Assembly: GCA_977017645.1 (NCBI GenBank)
Contig: OZ360219.1
Span: 57,598,001-57,662,000 of the forward strand
DNA length: 64,000 nt
Direction of reading: 5' to 3'
Origin: Torpedo marmorata
Lineage: Eukaryota
The position numbers were made by a program, and so were the translations under genes. Below are positions 60,722-64,000 of this stretch, piece by piece. Below the pieces are notes generated by a model. That model did no database searches, was not told where the DNA came from, and saw nothing but the letters and a program-made list of their open reading frames with translations. The first letter of the stretch is position 1. Each line of letters opens with the position of its first letter.

Positions 60722-63700
60722 TGATATGCCTATCAATTAGCACTCAAGAGACTATGAGAGGGTTAACGTACCATAGGCTTTAATATACATAAAACAGACC
60801 TGCAGTGGACCTACAGATCTCCCGGACTGAGGGCGGAGCCCTAGCACACAAGCCTTTATTCAAGAGAGAAAAGGGGAGGGATTACCTGGAGACCCAAAGG
60901 AGGGGAGAGGAGTCGTCGGGACAGACAGCAGTACATACAATACACAAACAGTGGTTTACCACATTCACCCCTCCTTTTAAAAGAGTCCAGCGGGGTGGAG
61001 TGGCCACAATACAATCTCAAAGTATTTACAGTCATAATCTACAGGTCAAGGCGATCCGGTGGTTTGGCTCGCCTCTGTGACCTGCGCAGTACCCTGGGTG
61101 CGGGTTGTGGTGCAGGGGGTACCCTGGGTGCGGGTTGTGGTGCAGGGGAAGATGGCAAGGCCGTCGGCTCCTCCTGTGGTGCTGGGTGAGATGGCAGGAT
61201 TGTGGGTTCCATCGCGGGTGCCTGGTCTGACGTTGTAGAAGAGGGACTAGGGAGGGGCCGCAGCGAGTGGTCTTGCCCATCGAGAGGTTCCTCCGGCGCT
61301 CCCGCGGGCGCCAGGTCCCGAATTGAGACCGTGTCCTCTCTCCCATCCGGGAAGACCACGTAGGCGTACTGCGGGTTAGCGTGCGCTAACTGCACCCTCT
61401 GGACCGCGGGCTCATATTTGCTGCTCCGGAGGTGGTTGCGGAGCAGCACCGGCCCCGGAGACGTCAGCCAGGCAGGCAGGGCGGTCCCGGTGTTCGACCT
61501 CCTGGAGAAGGAGAAAAATCTCTCATGAGGCGTTACATTTGTGGCTGTGCACAGTAAGGACCGTATCGAATGGAGGGCTTCGGGGAGAACATCTTGCCAG
61601 CGGGAAACCGGCAGTCCCCTGGACTTGAGAGCCAGGAGCGCCGCCTTCCAGACAGTGGCGTTCTCCCTTTCCACCTGTCCATTACCTCGGGGGTTGTATG
61701 CGGTGGTCCTACTAGTGGCGATGCCCCGGGTCAGCAGGAACTGGCGCAGCTCCTCACTCATAAAAGCTGATCCCCGGTCGCTATGAATGTAGTTCGGGAA
61801 GCCGAACAGCGTAAATACCTGGCGAAGGGCTTTTATGGTTGAGGCAGCCGAAGTGTCGGGGCAGGGAATGGCGAAGGGGAACCGCGAGTACTCGTCAATA
61901 ATGTTCAGAAAATACACATTGCGGTTCGTGGAGGGAAGGGGACCCTTGAAGTCAATGCTGAGACGTTCAAAGGGGCGAGTGGCTTTGATCAGCTGTGCCT
62001 TGTCGGGGCGGTAAAACTGGGGTTTGCACTCCGCGCAAACCCGGCAACTGCTGATCATTGTCCTGACCTCTTCCAGGGAGTATGGCAGGTTCTGTGACTT
62101 CACGAAGTGAAAGAGCCTGGTAATTCCTGGGTGGCATAGGTCGTTATGTAGGGCGTGTAATCGGTCGACCTGCGCGCTAGCGCACGATCCCCGGGATAGA
62201 GCATCGGAGGGCTCATTGAGCTTCCCGGGCCGGTACATGATGTCGTAATTGTAGGTGGAGAGCTCTATTCTCCACCTCATGATCTTGTCATTTTTGATCT
62301 TACCCCGCTGCTGATTGTTGAACATGAATGCCACAGAGCGTTGATCTGTCAGCAGGGTAAAATGCTTACCGGCGAGATAGTGCCTCCAGTGCCTGATGGC
62401 CTCCACTATGGCCTGGGCTTCCTTCTCCACCGCTGAGTGCCGAATTTCGGGGCCCTGTAGGGTTCGGGAGAAAAATGCCACCGGCCTTCCCGCCTGGTTG
62501 AGGGTAGCAGCCAGCGCGAAGTCCGATGCGTCACTCTCCACCTGGAAGGGTGTCTCCTCATCCACTGCGTGCATTGTTGCTCGCGCAATGTCCCCTTTTA
62601 TAAGGTCGAACGCCTTACGTGCCTCCGAAGCAAGGGGAAATGCAGTGGATTTCACAAGGGGTCGGGCCTTATCCGCATAATTTGGGACCCATTGGGCATA
62701 ATAAGAAAAGAACCCGAGGCATCGTTTAAGGGCTCTGGGATTGGCGGGGAGCGGAAGTTCCAGCAGGGGCCGCATGCGTTCGGGGTCTGGTCCAATTACC
62801 CCGTTCTCGACCACATACCCCAAAATAGCGAGGCGAGTGGTACCAAACACGCATTTTTCTTTGTTATACGTGAGGTTTAGAGCTTTTGCCGCCTGCAGGA
62901 ACTTCCGGAGGTTGTTGTCATGGTCCTGACGATCATAACCACAGATGGTAATGTCGTCAAGGTATGGGAAAGTGGCTTTAAGTTTGTAATGGTCCACAAT
63001 CCTGTCCATCTCCCGCTGAAAAACAGAAACACCATTAGTAACACCAAATGGAAGGCGCAAGAATTGGAACAGCCTGCCATCTGCCTCGAACGCGGTGTAT
63101 GAGCGGTCCTCCCGACGGATAGGGAGCTGGTGATATGCCGATTTCAAGTCGATGGTGGAAAAGAGGCGGTATTGGGCAATTTGGTTCACCATCTCCGCTA
63201 TCCGTGGTAGCGGGTATGCATCTAGAAGCGTAAACCTGTTAATGGTTTGGCTGTAGTCCACCACCATTCTGTTCTTGGCCCCTTTTACAATGACCACCTG
63301 GGCTCTCCAGGGACTATTGCTCATCTCTATAATCCCTTCCTGTTGCAACCTTTGTACCTCCGTCTTGATGAATGCTCTGTCCTCGGTACTGTAACGCCTG
63401 CTTTTAGTTGCCACAGGCCTACAGTCCGGGGTCAGGTTCGCAAACAACGACGGAGGCGAGATCTTAAGGGTAGAAAGACCACAGGTGGTTTCGGGCGTGC
63501 TATCCAGAAACTGGTGGTTGGCTACAGTGATCGCGGGGAGAGGACCGTCATACCGCATTGTAACGCTCTGCAAATGGCTCTGAAAATCCAAACCCAGTAA
63601 TACCGGCGCACACAAACGGTTCATCACAAACAAGGAAAATTGTCTGTACTCTGCCCCTTGTACCACAATGTTCGCCACACACGCCCCCCGGATGTCGGTT

Positions 63701-64000
63701 GTGTGGGACCCGGACGCCATGGCCACCCTCTGGCTTACCGGTACGGTCGTTAGGCCACAGCGTTGAACAGTATCCGGGTGGATAAAGCTCTCAGTGCTTC
63801 CAGTGTCAAATAAACAAGTTATCTTGTGTCCCTCGACCAGTATGTCCATCATGGATCTTGTCAGCTGGTGGGGAACGTTCTGGTCGAGGGTGATGGATGC
63901 CAAAGTTGGGGTGAAGTCGTCTTGATCCGAGGTCTTTAAAAATGGCCGCTCCCGTGGGTTGCACGTGTCGCTGGAGGTCTCTGCACAAAATGGCGGCGCC
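60722..64000 (-). mobile_element. Gypsy LTR retrotransposon 2 (same family as element 1); 3' LTR at 60722-60963; 5' part lies beyond the window
   Basis: 242-bp LTR sharing termini with element 1, identical PPT (ttcacccctcctttt on +), open pol. Confidence 0.95.
61039..63999 (-). CDS. Gypsy Pol (protease, RT, RNase H, integrase); frame open to the window edge
   Basis: ORF 61039..63903 with LFDTGS, YLDD, ESDASD, HPG..C..C, DDE; upstream codons stay open (SSDTCNPRERPFL) to 63999. Confidence 0.95.
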   Translation of the reverse strand, partial: APPFCAETSSDTCNPRERPFLKTSDQDDFTPTLASITLDQNVPHQLTRSMMDILVEGHKITCLFDTGSTESFIHPDTVQRCGLTTVPVSQRVAMASGSHTTDIRGACVANIVVQGAEYRQFSLFVMNRLCAPVLLGLDFQSHLQSVTMRYDGPLPAITVANHQFLDSTPETTCGLSTLKISPPSLFANLTPDCRPVATKSRRYSTEDRAFIKTEVQRLQQEGIIEMSNSPWRAQVVIVKGAKNRMVVDYSQTINRFTLLDAYPLPRIAEMVNQIAQYRLFSTIDLKSAYHQLPIRREDRSYTAFEADGRLFQFLRLPFGVTNGVSVFQREMDRIVDHYKLKATFPYLDDITICGYDRQDHDNNLRKFLQAAKALNLTYNKEKCVFGTTRLAILGYVVENGVIGPDPERMRPLLELPLPANPRALKRCLGFFSYYAQWVPNYADKARPLVKSTAFPLASEARKAFDLIKGDIARATMHAVDEETPFQVESDASDFALAATLNQAGRPVAFFSRTLQGPEIRHSAVEKEAQAIVEAIRHWRHYLAGKHFTLLTDQRSVAFMFNNQQRGKIKNDKIMRWRIELSTYNYDIMYRPGKLNEPSDALSRGSCASAQVDRLHALHNDLCHPGITRLFHFVKSQNLPYSLEEVRTMISSCRVCAECKPQFYRPDKAQLIKATRPFERLSIDFKGPLPSTNRNVYFLNIIDEYSRFPFAIPCPDTSAASTIKALRQVFTLFGFPNYIHSDRGSAFMSEELRQFLLTRGIATSRTTAYNPRGNGQVERENATVWKAALLALKSRGLPVSRWQDVLPEALHSIRSLLCTATNVTPHERFFSFSRRSNTGTALPAWLTSPGPVLLRNHLRSSKYEPAVQRVQLAHANPQYAYVVFPDGREDTVSIRDLAPAGAPEEPLDGQDHSLRPLPSPSSTTSDQAPAMEPTILPSHPAPQEEPTALPSSPAPQPAPRVPPAPQPAPRVLRRSQRRAKPPDRLDL

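Noticed and set aside
61089-61148. 30-bp tandem duplication in the Gypsy 2 C-terminus
   Set aside because: In-frame duplication in a low-complexity proline-rich tail; ordinary variation.

Overview
Repeat-dense vertebrate genomic DNA, most likely from a cartilaginous fish (inferred from the mix of CR1, L1, Rex, Penelope and tRNA-SINE families). The only host gene is the last three coding exons of a GASK1B (FAM198B)-like gene on the + strand (5980-6194, 19493-19719, 25284-25491). Its intron holds a Tc1 relic carrying an L1/CR1 composite and a very young Gypsy LTR retrotransposon (identical 253-bp LTRs, 5-bp TSD, single gag-pol ORF). Downstream, a BEL/Pao element (37217-59407) has been expanded to 22 kb by nested L1 and CR1 insertions up to four levels deep. 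A second Gypsy of the same family runs off the right end. Three observations stand out. (1) The BEL element has lost RT/RNase H/integrase and instead carries an intronless, mostly in-frame mosaic of host-gene-like pieces (MIPOL1-like and IARS1-like recognised). (2) Neither the complete Gypsy nor the BEL shows a tRNA primer-binding site; in both, the post-LTR sequence is complementary to the element's own LTR, suggesting self-priming, and in the Gypsy the complementary segment is the poly(A) signal itself. (3) The BEL post-LTR region is a triplicated 76-bp unit built from co-varying hairpins. Gene and family names come from recalled sequence similarity, not database searches, and coordinates of degraded repeats are approximate.
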